From: Ramazzottius varieornatus
Taxonomy: Eukaryota; Animalia; Tardigrada
Reading direction: 5' to 3'
Length of the DNA: 64,000 bases
Assembly (NCBI GenBank): GCA_001949185.1
Contig: BDGG01000012.1
Span: forward strand, 47,908-111,907
Below, one piece after another: positions 27,421 to 41,006 of this stretch; the first letter of the stretch is position 1, and each line of letters begins with the position of its first letter. The notes beneath the pieces are model-generated. The model was not told where the DNA came from and made no database searches. It was given only the letters and a program-made list of their open reading frames with translations. The position numbers and the translations under genes were made by a program.

Positions 27421-28179
27421 ATGTCGGACAAACCTTTCCTTCCAACATTGCCTACTGTTGTCCAGGATGAGAACCTGAAGAGAGAACGGCTCGCCAACGA
27501 ATTTGAATATGTCGCCGTCTTTCAGCGCTTCGTGATATTTTCCCTTTTCTTGGCGGCACCGTTCCTTCTCCTCCTCAGCATAATAGGTAAGTCTTGACCC
27601 ATGCAAGTGGCGCACTGAACGATGGTTGTAAGTTTGTTCAGCGCGCCACTTGAGTAGCTCACACAAATCTGATCACATCATTCTCTGTAACTGTTTTCAG
27701 CCTGGGTAAAGTTTGACGAAGCCGTAGAATGGTTCATCGCCGGTACAAGTTTCACCCTCGGCGCCATGTCCGCAGCAACAGTTGGAATGTTGTCGCTCCG
27801 CATGCGGACGAATATGCTATACCGGCTCCTGCAGCTCATCAGCATCGCAATGATCTGGATTCTTCTACCCGGTAACGCCTACGCCATGTTACTGCTAGCT
27901 CAAGTCATCCGAGAAACTAACGTCAAGCTATCTCAGCGCTCGTGGACCGTGGAAGAGAAGGCGGACGAAATGGCGCTGCAGTCGCTGCGGCATGTTATAG
28001 TCTTCGCCTATGGGGTCCTCATCGTCTTGCAAACAACCGGGGCCTTCTTAACATGCGCTCTCTTGGCGAGGTTTCCCTACCTTTGGTCCACCCCAACATG
28101 GAAAAGGGATAGTATGTTGTCGACATGGAACATTGTAGTCCATCGACCAACTGAAAAGAAGGTTGTCGTGCTCAAATAA
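27421..28179 (+). CDS. Uncharacterised four-transmembrane protein, 2 exons (27421-27586, 27701-28179), 214 aa
   Basis: gccATG start, phase-1 GT-AG intron, four hydrophobic segments (FVIFSLFLAAPFLLLLSIIAW; WFIAGTSFTLGAMSAATVGML; LLQLISIAMIWILLPGNAYAMLLL; VIVFAYGVLIVLQTTGAFLTCALL). Confidence 0.72.
27604..27652. repeat. AAGTGGCGCAC-N25 element (core only), intron of the 4-TM gene
   Basis: Arms 27605-27615 and 27641-27651, 25-nt spacer. Confidence 0.85.
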
Positions 28180-29163
28180 ATTTGTTTTACGAGATCTACT
28201 GCAAGTCGAATGAGTTTTGACTTTGAGAGATTGACGCGTCCTTTTGACAGGATTGCTGTTAATTCTGCATTTGAGTTTTGTCAGCCTTTGATCATGAATA
28301 CCTCTCATACGGGCCTGATGTAATAACGCACGAGATCGAATTGTGCCGTGACAATTGTCGGCCGAAGACGGATGTCAGGGCTCCTGAGCGAAGCAAAGTC
28401 CTTCAAAGCGTGTTGCTTCGATCGAGAGACCGCCTGTTGATGCAGACACGAAGGCGGATAAAACCATGTATGGAGCGCCTGCCCTCTTCCTTTTTCGTAT
28501 ACCGTAGAAAAAAACCGAGAACCTCACGCACATATTTTATTCAAGCCATAGAATCGATCTTGATGGGAAAGCGATACGACGTACAATACGTGGGCGTTGA
28601 AACCAGCCGCTGTTCGATGCAGATCATTGGCTACATGCCGAAGTCCCTTGCTGAAACTGTACAAAAAATGACACGAAAGAGGGGCTAATGCCGGTATCAG
28701 GCTGGGTTCAGGGGAAGTGCCGACGTCTAGTCCCGTAATGAATCCTGTCGAGCGGAGAATGGCTTATTAAAGTGGATCTTAACGACTCCATCTGTTGCAG
28801 TAGATCGCGCTTCCTTTCACTGAGAGAAGAACCCTAAAGACACTTCATCCGAGATGCTCAAAGGATGTTATGCTGTCCGTGGATAATAGGTTTCTGTGTT
28901 AGTGAGTGACACTGCTCAGCGCTCTTACTTTGCAGCTGGTTGTTCGACGGACTCGTTTGCTTTGATATACCCCTGATCGATGGCGCTCAAGGAAAGCCGG
29001 AGACTTTGATAACTAGCATCTGTCGGTATCTCCCACTTGAAGGAATAGAGTCTCATGATTTGGCGCTATCAAGTGACACTGTGTGGAGTACTTCCGTGTC
29101 GCTTTCTTTTCCCCTTCATTATTACACCACGGGATAGGCATCAGTTTTCTTGCAAGGAATGTC

Positions 29164-31181
29164 ATGGGAAATAAGGATAGCAAAGCTATCAAGCCAGCGG
29201 ACGGTAACGGCCATCCAGCGGGACCGAAGCTGAAGAAAGCCGACTTGGAGTTCCTCAAGGCGAATACTAACTTCGACGAAGAGACCATCACCGAATGGTA
29301 CACCGAGTTTCTTGTAAGTATTACGCAAGCTTATGCAATGTCTGCACCATCAAAAGTAAACTACCTTCTGTTTTTACTTCACACCAAAAATGACTTAGGG
29401 AGAAACTAAATTGGGACGTCGGTAAATGTCTCGAACATGGTCGTTTCCCCAAGTTGCGCACGACCCCTGCCTGTAATAACGAGCATGTGCTCCACTTAAG
29501 AGAACGACCAGACAATTCAGTACACGCGTATTCCCTTTCGTTCTGTAAAATCTCACTGACGTATTCTGGGCTTTCAGAGAGACTGTAAAAATGGTAAGTT
29601 GTCCCCCAAGCAATTTATGGAAGTCTACCAGGTGATATGTCCTGGCGGTGAAGCTCAAGAATTTTCCCGGCACGTATTCCGCACCTTCGACAAGGATCGA
29701 AATGGCTTTATTGACTTCAAGGTATGAAATGATCAACAACTTGGGTCAATGAGGGTCGCCCTCATCCTCCTCTCACCTGCTGCTCTTTTTCCTGGATGAG
29801 TCATGTCTAAAATATCGAGGGTACTTCGGTATTGGTTCAAGCACACTCAATCTTACAGTCCACAGAAAACCCGCTCCACTCTGCGCCCACCTGCATACAT
29901 ACATCCATGATAAATTCTGTGGTCCGTGGTATACAGGTGTGTGATAGGTTTCTCTAGCGAGAGAGCGCTCCACTTCCCCGTTGAGTTGATCCAATTTTCT
30001 CCCTGTCACTTGGTTTGTTTGTTCATTAATCTTGCTTACCGACGCACGTTAATGGGTTCGATTAAGGATACGATTGAGTGAGGTATGACATCAAGAGGCT
30101 ACCGTACAAGTTCGAGGAGCTCTCGAAAGGATTCAACCCTGCAACCTTGACGCTTCGGTAACCTAATCGGGCGCGACCTACAGTATACTAACCATGCCAA
30201 GCTACGTCATCGCGAGCTCAACTGTGTAAAGCATCTGTGGCGCTTGAGGAAACCTTTCCAGTTTCCTGGTCCTTCGAAAAGAAGTGTCAATAAATGGCCA
30301 AAATTTTACAGTGGAAAAGATTACTTCCGGGTTTTTCAGGAATATCAGGAGCTCGAGGCTAGGTCTTCTTAGAGCTAGACTTCAATAAATTTTATTTCTT
30401 TACATGCACGTCAGGAGTTGAAAGGGTAATGTGGGGGTACTTTCATGATTGTGGACAATTACCAAGCTCAACACGTTCGTGACGCACTTTGGAGGGGGTA
30501 TCATAACAGCGGCATGTTCTTCTATTATCGACAGGAATTCCTTATGGCTGTCAACGTCACGTCTTCCGGCACAGTGGAGCAGAAGCTTAAATGGGCCTTC
30601 TCCATGGTGGATATCGACGGCAATGGCCATATCGATTTGACAGAAATGACGAAGGTGATATCGGTAAGCCTGCGTCAATTCAACCAGAAATCATCTAGCA
30701 AGCAAACTCCCGCAATGTTTTACACACCTGCATACTGCGAACTAGAGCATCCGTTCTGGATGTGTGTATGCAGGTGGATGCAATAAAAATCGGGTTTCCC
30801 TGTGGACCTGCATCATGAACTTGCATACGATGTATACAGGTGTTCGAATCAGGCGCAGAGTCTTCCGCCGTCCCGTTGATCGTCCCTCTGACGTACCGCT
30901 AAATTATTCGAGCTGGCTTGCGTGCCGTTTAACTCTACGATTACATTGATTAGGCTATCCAGGACATGTCAGGAGCTTTGACGACGCCTCGATCTCCCGA
31001 CACGACAGCGAGCTCAACGTCCAAAGACGGTATCATCAGCGCCGATGAACGAGCGCGGCAAATCTTTATCAAGATGGATACGAATAAGGATGGCATCTTG
31101 GATGAGAAAGAGTTTGTGGCCGGATGCCTCAACGATCAGTCATTAGTACAAATGTTGATTATAAGTGGAAATTTCGGCTGA
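29164..31181 (+). CDS. Neuronal calcium sensor (NCS-2/neurocalcin-like) EF-hand protein, 4 exons
   Basis: MGNKDS myristoylation motif; EF-hands [36 protein letters not shown]; EQKLKWAF. Confidence 0.92.
29411..29510. repeat. AAGTGGCGCAC-N25 element, NCS intron 1
   Basis: Arms 29451-29461 and 29487-29497, 25-nt spacer; outer ttgggacgtcgg. Confidence 0.83.
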
Positions 31182-33039
31182 TCCTTTCAAAGGCAGAAGT
31201 TCGACTTGATCATCCGTCTTGTCGTTCGACTCTATACCGTTATTACGGGTTGTATTCTTCTAAACACTTGGTCTCCTCATTTCTTTTGTTATTCCCAAAC
31301 CGTCCGTATATTTTCTCCTTCATCGCTTCATTGCCGTTTACAGTGTTGTGTAATTTATTGAGTGATCGAGCGAAGTCGAATACCAATAACAATTTCGTGC
31401 AGAAATGGTTGGGCGAGATGCAGGAATCTGTTTGATCCAAGCTTCGATCCTAGAGAGTTGCCCAAAATCTTCGGAGACTCGGAGCACGAACAAAAACTTG
31501 GATCATAAACGGAACAGGTCAACAGTGTTTCAGACTTTCATATCATATCTGCTGCTACTTTTCGCGAACGAATATTTTCTTGGATGGGAAACTCCAGTGG
31601 GTACTCGACGTTTTAGCACAATAACATTGTCTGACAAGGCGTCATCTGTAAAAGAAATTTAAAGCCATTATCTACGGGAATTATACTCTGTAGATGGCGC
31701 CACACGGTGACCACAGCCTTGATCAACAATTTACCGAAAATTCATGTACAAAATTGTAACCACTCAAGTGACTGGGAAGGAACTCTTTTTTTAAGAATCC
31801 CTCGATGCTGATATCCGAGGCTCGAGAGTATCATACCGAACAGGAAGAGCTAGTGATCCGCGTTTCCTGTCGGTCAGACAAAACTTTAAAGAAAAGACGT
31901 CCGGATCAGCGGAAGCTTCGGATCCGTCATTGCGCTCACCCTTTGAACAAAACGCCGTCAAGAGACAGCGCCGGAAAATCCTTCGGGAGGATTGTCACGT
32001 CTGCCGGTGGTCGACTATGACTTCTAATCATCTCCAGACACCTAAGATATTTTTCAGTTTACACCCGTCGGCGCACCCTTTCTCAGCTCTCAAAATATCC
32101 TAACGCAACATTCACGTGAGTGTCTCATTAATATTATTTTTTCTCGGTAAGATGATTTTAAAATGTTAAGCCGGCTTCAGCGCACATTGGGTTCTCCGTG
32201 TTATTTATTCCGAATTTTACACCCTTCATTATCGCATCGAAGCACTTCAAAGCCGTGGTTCACATTGGCACAGTCAGAAAGTGTGACAGCATGCCGCTGA
32301 TGTTGTTGTTTCTAATTTTCCATACACCGTATGTACCTCGGAAACAGCAGACCAAACCACGATTAATATGCGGCTAGGACCTTGTCACAAATGATTCATT
32401 TTTTTTGTTCATCTACATTAGTATGCATCAGCTGACTTTTATCTTCCTCCTTTCCTTCACCGATAATCACTGTAATTTTTTATCGGACCGTGAAGTCTGT
32501 CTCGCTTGACATGGATTATTGACGATTGTTACAGTAGCTGGCGGCGACCCAGTAGTAAACATCTTTTGTCTGGCGTGTTGTTCAAAGTCTCTAATAATCA
32601 TGTGAATCGTTGTATAGAAGAGATAACAGGGCGTTCGCATTCTGTCCAACAGAAGCTGGCATCGATTTTATCGTACCGCGGTTCGTAACTGGTTATGCGA
32701 CGACGCGGACCGTGAACTGGAGAAAAACAACTCAGTACGTGGGTTCTTCATACAGAGTACCCTGAGTGTTTTCCGCTCTTCGTGACTGACCCGTCAGTAG
32801 GGCACGTCCAACATGTCTGAATTCAGCCCAGCTTTCAGGAAGCTTGACACGTTACGCAGGCGTCAACATGTTTTTCCAACTATCAAAACAGGTTAGCACA
32901 CACTAGAGGTGACTTTTGGCGGTTCGTCTCTCCTCCAGACGCACCATAAAACAGCACCGCGTGTGAAGAATCCACCTGTGGAGAAAATGACCCCGTAATG
33001 TTGTGTTCGATACATGGGAGACGAGTGAGCGAAACATAG

Positions 33040-33195
33040 AAGATCGTTTTCCCAAAGTGGCGCGATCTCCCGACCAAATGGCGTGACACTGACAACATGC
33101 GCCACTTTGAGAACTCGACAAAGTCGCTTTTTTTAACTGGCGCACGCTGCCAGCCGATAACAGCATAGACCTGCGCAACTTGAGACAAAGACCTT
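33040..33195. repeat. Tandem dimer of AAGTGGCGCAC element in an unannotated region
   Basis: Left arms at 33055 (spacer 31) and 33135 (spacer 25). Confidence 0.83.
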
Positions 33196-33667
33196 TGTAC
33201 GTTCCGTTTGCCGGCCTCTCATATACGAGGAAGAATTTCAATACGAATCTACACGCTAGGTGTTGTTGACATCCGAGTGACTTCCGTCTACTATTTGTAA
33301 TCTATCGAGCGCAAAATTTCTCACATGTGGGATATTGAGGTACACGCGCTGACAAAGCGGTAGGGGGCTTTCTCTGGTTGGAAAGCCACGAAAACATAAT
33401 ACTCTGTTTGCCTTAAAGAATTGGGTACCTCCTCTACCTTTCTGACCTGTCAGCAGTTATTATCCGTGATGCGCGCTCGACGACCCAGCTCGCTCCTTTC
33501 TCCATTCTTCCAGTGTCGACATGTCTCCTTTCTTTTGGAGCCCCACAGAGAAACCAAAAATAAAGAGCAAAAACTTGAAATGGAAACAGAAGTCTTGCTT
33601 CTTTCACCCGTCATGATCACGGACGCGTCTAATAACAGTGAACGGGGACGTCAGCAAGTGAATTATA

Positions 33668-33748
33668 AACATGATCGTTATCAGAAGTGGCGCACCTTTA
33701 CATTGTTATTAGCTGATAGTGTGCGCCACTCGAGTAAACGATCATGTT
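33668..33748. repeat. AAGTGGCGCAC-N25 element with compensatory outer arms
   Basis: Arms 33685-33695 and 33721-33730; outer aacaTgatcgtt/aacgatcAtgtt. Confidence 0.88.
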
Positions 33749-34267
33749 GAAGTGTGCTCCAAATTTCCCCACCATTTCCCAACGACTCTAATTAACAGTT
33801 AGGCGTAGTACCGTACCCTACTTGGACTTGGAGTACTTTATTATGGTTCCACGACAACGCCAGATGCAATGCGAAGGTTCGCTAGGTTGTTTTGCAGTTG
33901 AGCTTGACCGCGAATTAGGCAGTGCTTGTTCAGCGGCCAGCCGCCAGCGTGGCAGTGTTTTTCTCTCGATAAGCCTACCGTGAAGACCTCGAGTTTCTCG
34001 GAAACAGCACCAGTCCAGTTCATGTCAACGTTGGCACGCATGGCGTCTCACAAATGGTAGAGAGCTCAAGCTCTCGAGAGTAGCGACCCTGATTAAGTCT
34101 TGCTGGTCAGGTTTTTCTCCTTCGGCCACTTGTCAACATGTACTACACTATATACATAAAATCAGCAGCGAACCTCGTACGTGTTTTGTTGGACGTGGCG
34201 TACCGTAGTGTGGAAATAAGAGCCATAAAACCGGCAGACAATCGACCTGCCTTCAGATGCCTTGTGG

Positions 34268-34307
34268 CTCTCTCTCTTTCGCTCTCTCTCTCTCGGTCGC
34301 TCTCGCT
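34268..34307. repeat. Imperfect (CT)n microsatellite
   Basis: ctctctctctttcgctctctctctctcggtcgctctcgct. Confidence 0.7.
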
Positions 34308-35871
34308 CATATTGATCTTTCCAAGAATCCAACTGTTTTTGTGCACCAGCTAAGGTTAACTGCGAGAGCCAGCAACGTATACTTTCGATCGCCCACACTC
34401 GCTCGCACACTTTAATTTTAAACAGCTCCTATCTTTTGGTGCTTCGAGTGAGGACTGTGCTGAAGAGCATCACGCTAGCTTGCGCACTCTGTTATTGACA
34501 AAACAGCTTGGCGAAAACATCATACCGGATCGATGCGTTGTGTAACGCGTCTCACTCACTTTCCTCCACCAAGAGAAAAACAAGTTGAAAGCTCTTCGGC
34601 TGTACAGCGTATTCTCCTTCCGTCCTATTAAATGAAAGGACTCATCAATGTCCCTCAAAGGCTAGAGCGATTCGGCTTGCCTCGAACTGCATAGCGGAAC
34701 CTACAAAGCAAATAAACTATAACCTTCATTAGAAAGTCCGTACGTCACTGTATTCCCTAAAATTAATTTTTGAGGACAGAGGAACAATGGAGAACATGAG
34801 CGATGTTTTTTATTGCCACTTCCGCGTTCGGTTGAAGGGTTTTTAACGAACCTTCCGTTAACGTTATACCGATCTGCCCTTCGTGGTGAAGTCGAGCGCC
34901 CGAAGGCAACCCTGCAAAATGAAGATCGGGGCACTCTTCAGTCATATCGGTCAAGCCATTAGAGCTTGATTCCAGATAAAAATGTCTTGTATATTCAAGG
35001 ACCTTTATCTTCCAAATCGAGCCAAGAGTTTAAAGTTGTTCAGAGAACCGCGTCTGGAAAATTCTGAGAAAATGATTGCTGTGGGTTTTGCCTTTGTAGT
35101 TCACATCTTTGGACTTCACACTTTGCCCTAAATTGTTCTTCTTCTTACGACAGTGTGGCCGGGAGCTCAGCCGAGGCCTAGCCGGTGGAAAACTGTCGGC
35201 TAGGAAGAAGGATGTTCAACTACAGTATCAGCCGGTTACGTCTTGTTTTGATATGAAGATCCATATAAAAGTTGAACTATGGTTTCGTAATTCAAAGTTA
35301 GAAATGTGTACGCACGAGAATGATCTTACTATGCATACTCGAGGACCGGAGACTCGGAGGACGTAAACAACTTTTTGTAGGTCTCCATCAAAATACGCGC
35401 AGTTGGTCTCTCTCGCTTGGTGCGCCGATACGATGCGGTTGTGGTAGGCCGAACTCTGCAAATATAATCGGTAAACCAATGAGGGCACGATAGGGATGAA
35501 GCTTAAAGTCGTGACTAGTTGGCTGATAAGAAAGACCTGAGAAAAAGAGGCGGCACTAGCCAATGGCTGGGGAAGCGTGGGTGGAGTCAACATGCAACTG
35601 TGAAAAACGGAAGCACCGAAGTTTGGCTCGCTGGCACGCTCACTCGATAAAGCACAGTTTATCACAGTTCGAGCTGCCTTCACGTCTGTGCTCCTCCAAG
35701 GAAAATGTTATCGCTTTAAAGTGCAAATTTACTGCCCCCATAACCGACGTTTTATTCTCTAGGAAGATCATCAAGGGACCCAACGATGCATCAGTGAACC
35801 ATTTGCATATTTATCCTAGCCAGCAAATCGCGGTTTAACGCGCTGCGCGACTTGATCGGGGCAGGCTGTGA

Positions 35872-38800
35872 ATGCCCAAGTTTTTTCGCTGGTTAATTTC
35901 CAAAACAAGCCGTCTCTCGCGTGTATTCCAAGGGGAATCGTCCGAAAACCCTACCCAAGAGCCTCGAAACATGTCGGAAAAGTTTTGTGAGACCATGGTG
36001 GTCCACAGCGATGAGCTGCGTCGACGCGAAGCGGCGGAAATGAAATCATCGTCAGAGGATGTTCCATCGGGACCAATGGAACTGACCGTCTTGCAGCTCC
36101 TGCCCGACTTTGACGGCAACTTTGACGACGACTTTGACGATATGATACCTCAAGACGTCGTCAACTACACCTTGGCAGATATCAGCGACATGAAGAAGGA
36201 AGTGCCTACCGATGATTTTGCTGACGATATCCTCCAGGATCCCTGCATGCTGCCTGCCCTGGGAATCTGTCCTTCCGTCGTCCAACGCATTCGTTCCGAC
36301 TCCATTGGCAAATCGTCGGACTTTCTGAAACGTCGTAGAGAGAACAAGGAAAAAGCCCACGAGAAGGAGATCGAGGAGAGTGACGCAAGCGATACGAGTA
36401 CTCTATCGGAAGGATCCTGTGTCCCTGTTTTGCTGGGAAGATCCTCGCCAAGGTAAGAAACAGGAAATGAATGTCAACAAATCAAGAAATTCGAATCAAG
36501 AGACCGACATCAACAGCTAGGCAGTGGGCGTGCACCACCCATCCGATTGCATGAGCGTAGGCTTCAACCATTCGCCCTCTGGTCAAGAACTGTACTGGGC
36601 AGTGGGCGTGCTGATGCGTGACCCACGCCAGAAACTTGATTTATGGCCTCATTGACGTCATCACGCTTGAGCCACTTGGCAGGCTGTCCGGTCTGGGCTG
36701 TGACGTTAGTGCGTTACGTGATGTTACATTACCCATTACGTTACACGGATAACAGCAATTTGTGATACCCAGTACTTACAACGAGGCTCGTTCGCGCGAG
36801 AAACCTTGCCTTTCCGGAATTTTTTTAGTATCTTTCGTGTCATGGATTTCCCGAGACTGCTGGGAGAAACTTGTTTAATTTGGACAAGACGAGCTCGCTG
36901 TCAATCCTGTTGACGGTCTCCGCCATTTTATTACGGTCTAATGAACCTCAGTGCAAAAGTGCAAAGTAAATTGACCTAGTTTCTGCCGGCGATAACTAAC
37001 GATTGGACTCTCTTTTGCAGATTATCGCTCTCGGAGGAAGGCTTCATCATACTGCGCAACTACCGCATCTCTCCGGATACTCTAGGCGGTGGAAAGCTCA
37101 GCGAAGTGCGGCTAGCATACGGCAGCGACGAGCGCGATCAATATGCCGTCAAAATCCACTCCAAAATGAAACTCCAAAACTACAATCTACTCTTGCGGTA
37201 AGTACCGTTTCTTTTGTGTGAGGTTATCGAGGGCCCGAACAGTACAGTGTCAGACAGCTGATGTTTGCCGACTATATCGATCAAATGTCTATCCTTGCAG
37301 ATCGTCGAGGAACCCACTCGAGGAGGTCTACAGGGAGGTCGACATTTTACGGAGACTTCACCATCCCAATGTGTAAGCAATCAGTTTTCTCTCCTAAACG
37401 CCCTGCTGAATCGACCGGTTGACAATTTCGAGCTTTTTTCCCGTTTGGAATTTTGTGCGGTTTCTTTTCGTTTTCTTTCGGGACGCTGGCAAAGGCACTC
37501 GCCCAAAGCGTCTTGTCAGGTGGCGCACGACTTCGGTGTTTTTGCCTGAGAGCGTGCGCCACTTGGAAAAATGATCTGAGTAACTTTATTTGCCGACGTC
37601 TCAGTCTGACTTTGAACGCATTTCGAACGCCAGGTTTGATATTATTTTTTTCGAATTATGGTTTTAATGTAGCTTGTTAATCGATTCTTTGAACAGCTGT
37701 CCAAATTCAAGAACTGGTTTTATCTTGTAGGATCAAATTGGTTGAAGTGGTGGATGACTATGACGACGACAATTTGTATCTAATTTTCGAGCATCTCGAG
37801 CGCGAGCTGATGGAAATACCGTGTGGTAAGTCAGCCTCAAGACGTTCCATAGGAATGCCTGTGGCACTAAAATATCCCGAGGTCATGCGTTTGGTTGACG
37901 GCTCTTTGCCGCTTCGGCTCCCGATCGTCAAGTCATGCGTGCTTATGTTTTCTTCTTGTGCTTAGATACTCCCTTGAGCGAGTTGGCAGCCAAAAAGTAT
38001 TTTCGGGACATCGTCAACGGTCTCGAATACTTGCACAACAACAACATTGCTCATCGCGATCTCAAGCCAGAGAACATGCTGGTGGGCCGCGATGGGACGC
38101 TGAAGATTTGCGACTTTGGTTTCTGTGATGAGATGACGCCTGATCCCACCGGAGTGGGCGAACCCACTAGTCCTTGCTTGGCTGGCACGCCTGCTTTCAC
38201 TGTAAGTCTCGCGGAAATTTCTTAATCATCAGTACAGCTCGACCACACTATCCCTTGACAACAAACATTCCAGAATTAGTCAAAGGAACAGGAAAATCTA
38301 AAATCAGAAAAAGAACGGAATAGTTGGAACTTTGACAAATGAACTGACGAGTGAGCGTAATCGTTATCTCACGTTAAGCAGTTTTTCATTGTTATCGGAG
38401 AAGAAGTGCGCAATTGGGAAAACGACCAGGTTCAAGTCATTTTCCGACGTCTCATATCAGGCTGACCGAAACTTGGACGTAAACTAGTTGTGAATTACGG
38501 GCTTGGATTTTCGAGGCCCAGCATGTTTCGAAATTCGAGAATACTATAGCTTGATAAGAAGGAAATGGGGAAATTGAATTTGCGAAACTGGGATTATGTT
38601 GCTGAATTCGAAATAAAGACCAAATTAGTTTGATAGGAAATGCCTGCTGACAGAGTTAGATTTCCGTTGTCTAATCCTGATGTTTTCGTTTTCTCTTAAC
38701 AGCCTCCGGAATGTTTATCATCCTTCAACAAGCCGGTATCAGGTGTGGCTCTGGATATGTGGTCCTTGGGCGTCACACTGTACGCTCTCGTTACCGGTTC

Positions 38801-38990
38801 GGTGCCGTTTCACGGAGATAATGTCTTTTTGCTGCACAAGTCGATCAAGAAGGACGAAGTTGCATTTCCCGCGCAGCTTCCGCTTTCCGATGAACTCAAA
38901 GACATTATCGGGCGTTTGCTGCAAAAGGATCCCTCTGAGAGACTGCGCATAAAGGGTATTCGCCAACACCCATGGTTGAAAGTGGCCTAA
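35872..38990 (+). CDS. CaMKK-like Ser/Thr kinase, 6 exons, ending immediately after the kinase domain
   Basis: [97 protein letters not shown]. Start could be 35872 or 35971. Confidence 0.88.
37518..37576. repeat. AAGTGGCGCAC-N25 element, kinase intron
   Basis: Arms 37518-37528 and 37554-37564, 25-nt spacer. Confidence 0.85.
38360..38452. repeat. Degenerate AAGTGGCGCAC element, kinase intron
   Basis: Spacer consensus ttttcattgttatcgg; right arm gtgcgcaattgggaaaacgacc; left arm decayed. Confidence 0.65.
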
Positions 38991-39708
38991 CCCCGAAAAC
39001 CCATCAAAGACGTTTCCCGCTCGACAATGACAGTGGTTATTTTTAACACTCGGTTCGCTTAATACCAATATCGCATTTCAAATGCCTGCAGCTAGTTTTT
39101 CGTCGTGCTGGGATAAGCTGCAAGCTTGGACAACGAAAACATCAATCCGTCGTCTACCTGCATACGTGAACAACCGAGAGCCATGTGGGTCGCTGGATGC
39201 AGGTCCATGTCGTTTGCTGAGTTTTCGTTTACGGTGTTTCAACCGGTTGAATAAACGTATAGAAAAGGGTTTTTTCTGTAGTAAATGTGTATTTATTTTG
39301 GAGTGAGCGTTGTGCTCTGCGGGGATCTGAGTTTAACTCTTTGCCGGGATCGTGCATAGACTTTTTGATGGGATGATTTTCTGCTTGAATGGAAGACCTG
39401 CCTGATCGATAATGTTGTGATAGTTTCTGTCATTTCTAATATCACCTGTTTTGATGTGCAGGCTTGCATAATAAATTTGTCACCGTTCCAGGCGTAAACA
39501 ACGAACGACTAACGGTTATTTAATAGCAATTTCGCAGACGACAAACACGCGTACAAAATGCCATACGATTATTGATGTCGATCGGCCGGAAGCCCGTGGA
39601 CAGTCTTCAAAGGAGGCCGCTAATAATAACAGTCGCCAATTATCTTTACTCTTTTTGATCCTTCAAAGCATGGGCTTCTTCCGTGTACGAAGAACCCTTC
39701 AAAACAAA

Positions 39709-39810
39709 TTGGGAAGCCGGCAAACAATGGTCGAGAAGATCGCTCTCCAAAGTGGCGCACGCTTCCAGCTGATAACTTCGCCAAGGTGCGCCACTTGAGA
39801 TACAGTCTTG
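39709..39810. repeat. AAGTGGCGCAC-N25 element
   Basis: Arms 39750-39760 and 39786-39796, 25-nt spacer; outer ttgggaagccggcaaa. Confidence 0.88.
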
Positions 39811-41006
39811 TACGTTTCGTTTTCTGGTCTCCCTTTTCAGTAAAATATTCCGCCGTGGAATTTTCACTCACAGCTGCAAGATCCATATTTCTGGTCGTTG
39901 CAGCGGGAACCCGCAGGCCATGCGATCAAATTGAAAATTGCTTTGATGGCCAAAGACAATATTTGATATCAGACATTTAGAGGTGCATTTTTGCTGGGCA
40001 AAGTATACGTTCCTGACATCCGTTTGGTGAAACATGTGGCTAGCACGCGGATCTTCGAAGAGATTTTGATCGAGAGATCGGCTGAGAGTTTCGAAGAAAG
40101 ACTGCAGACCTTTCCGAACTGCCGAGTTTGCAGCTCGGGATCCAAACTATAAGAGTACTTCAGACTGATAGAACTGTCAGAGTCACGCGATTCTCCATTT
40201 TGAATGACGTTTAGATTGGTTCTTCGGAAGATGACACAAGGGTCCCCTTCAGAATGCGGGGACGGGTCTGACTTCGGTGACGAAGCATCACGGTATTTTA
40301 TTTATAAATGACGTCTACTGATAAAAGTTGAACAACATCGGTGGACGATATGCTATCCGTCAATAAGGAGCAACCTACTGTAGCTACTTTGCCAAGTTAA
40401 GTATTGTCAGTAATAAACGCTTTCTATCAGCTGTGCTTCCAGCTGCAGAGAACCGAAAAGACAACAACACCGGCACTTCAACCGACAGCTGTTTTTGGGC
40501 TACATTGATTGATCATGATTATAGCGGTCCGATGATTACAATGTACGTTGTCCAAGTTAACCTACGCACTTCGTCCGCAGTTACCAAAGTCGCAAAACAA
40601 GAACTGCCTCAACCGCGAATATTTCACTGCGACAACGGATGTACACCACAAATACATGCTGTACAGTTTCTCGCAGGTGCTTTTGCGTTCAAGTCTTTCA
40701 TCGATACGGCAACCAGGAAGTGAAATTTGACCATTATGACAACTGCCACGCATAATAAACATCAGTTCAAAGCCCTGTGGCCCTTGATCGGCTCTTTATT
40801 AGACTGCAGAAACCGCGGTCGAGGTCTTGCGAATCTCGTAACATTGTTTGCTACCTACAGCAACTCAAACAGCAGTCGTCGCCCGGCATCTGGGCCAAGT
40901 TCGCTGATGCGGAGCTTTCAGAACATTGGCGTCATGAACGGTCAAAGTCCCACTTACGAGGGAACGGTCAGGACGATCAGACGCCGATCTTCGTTTCGAT
41001 GCTTTC

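Noticed and set aside
28278-28688. 136-aa ORF between the 4-TM and NCS genes
   Set aside because: TTG start, no motif, and no splice model found.
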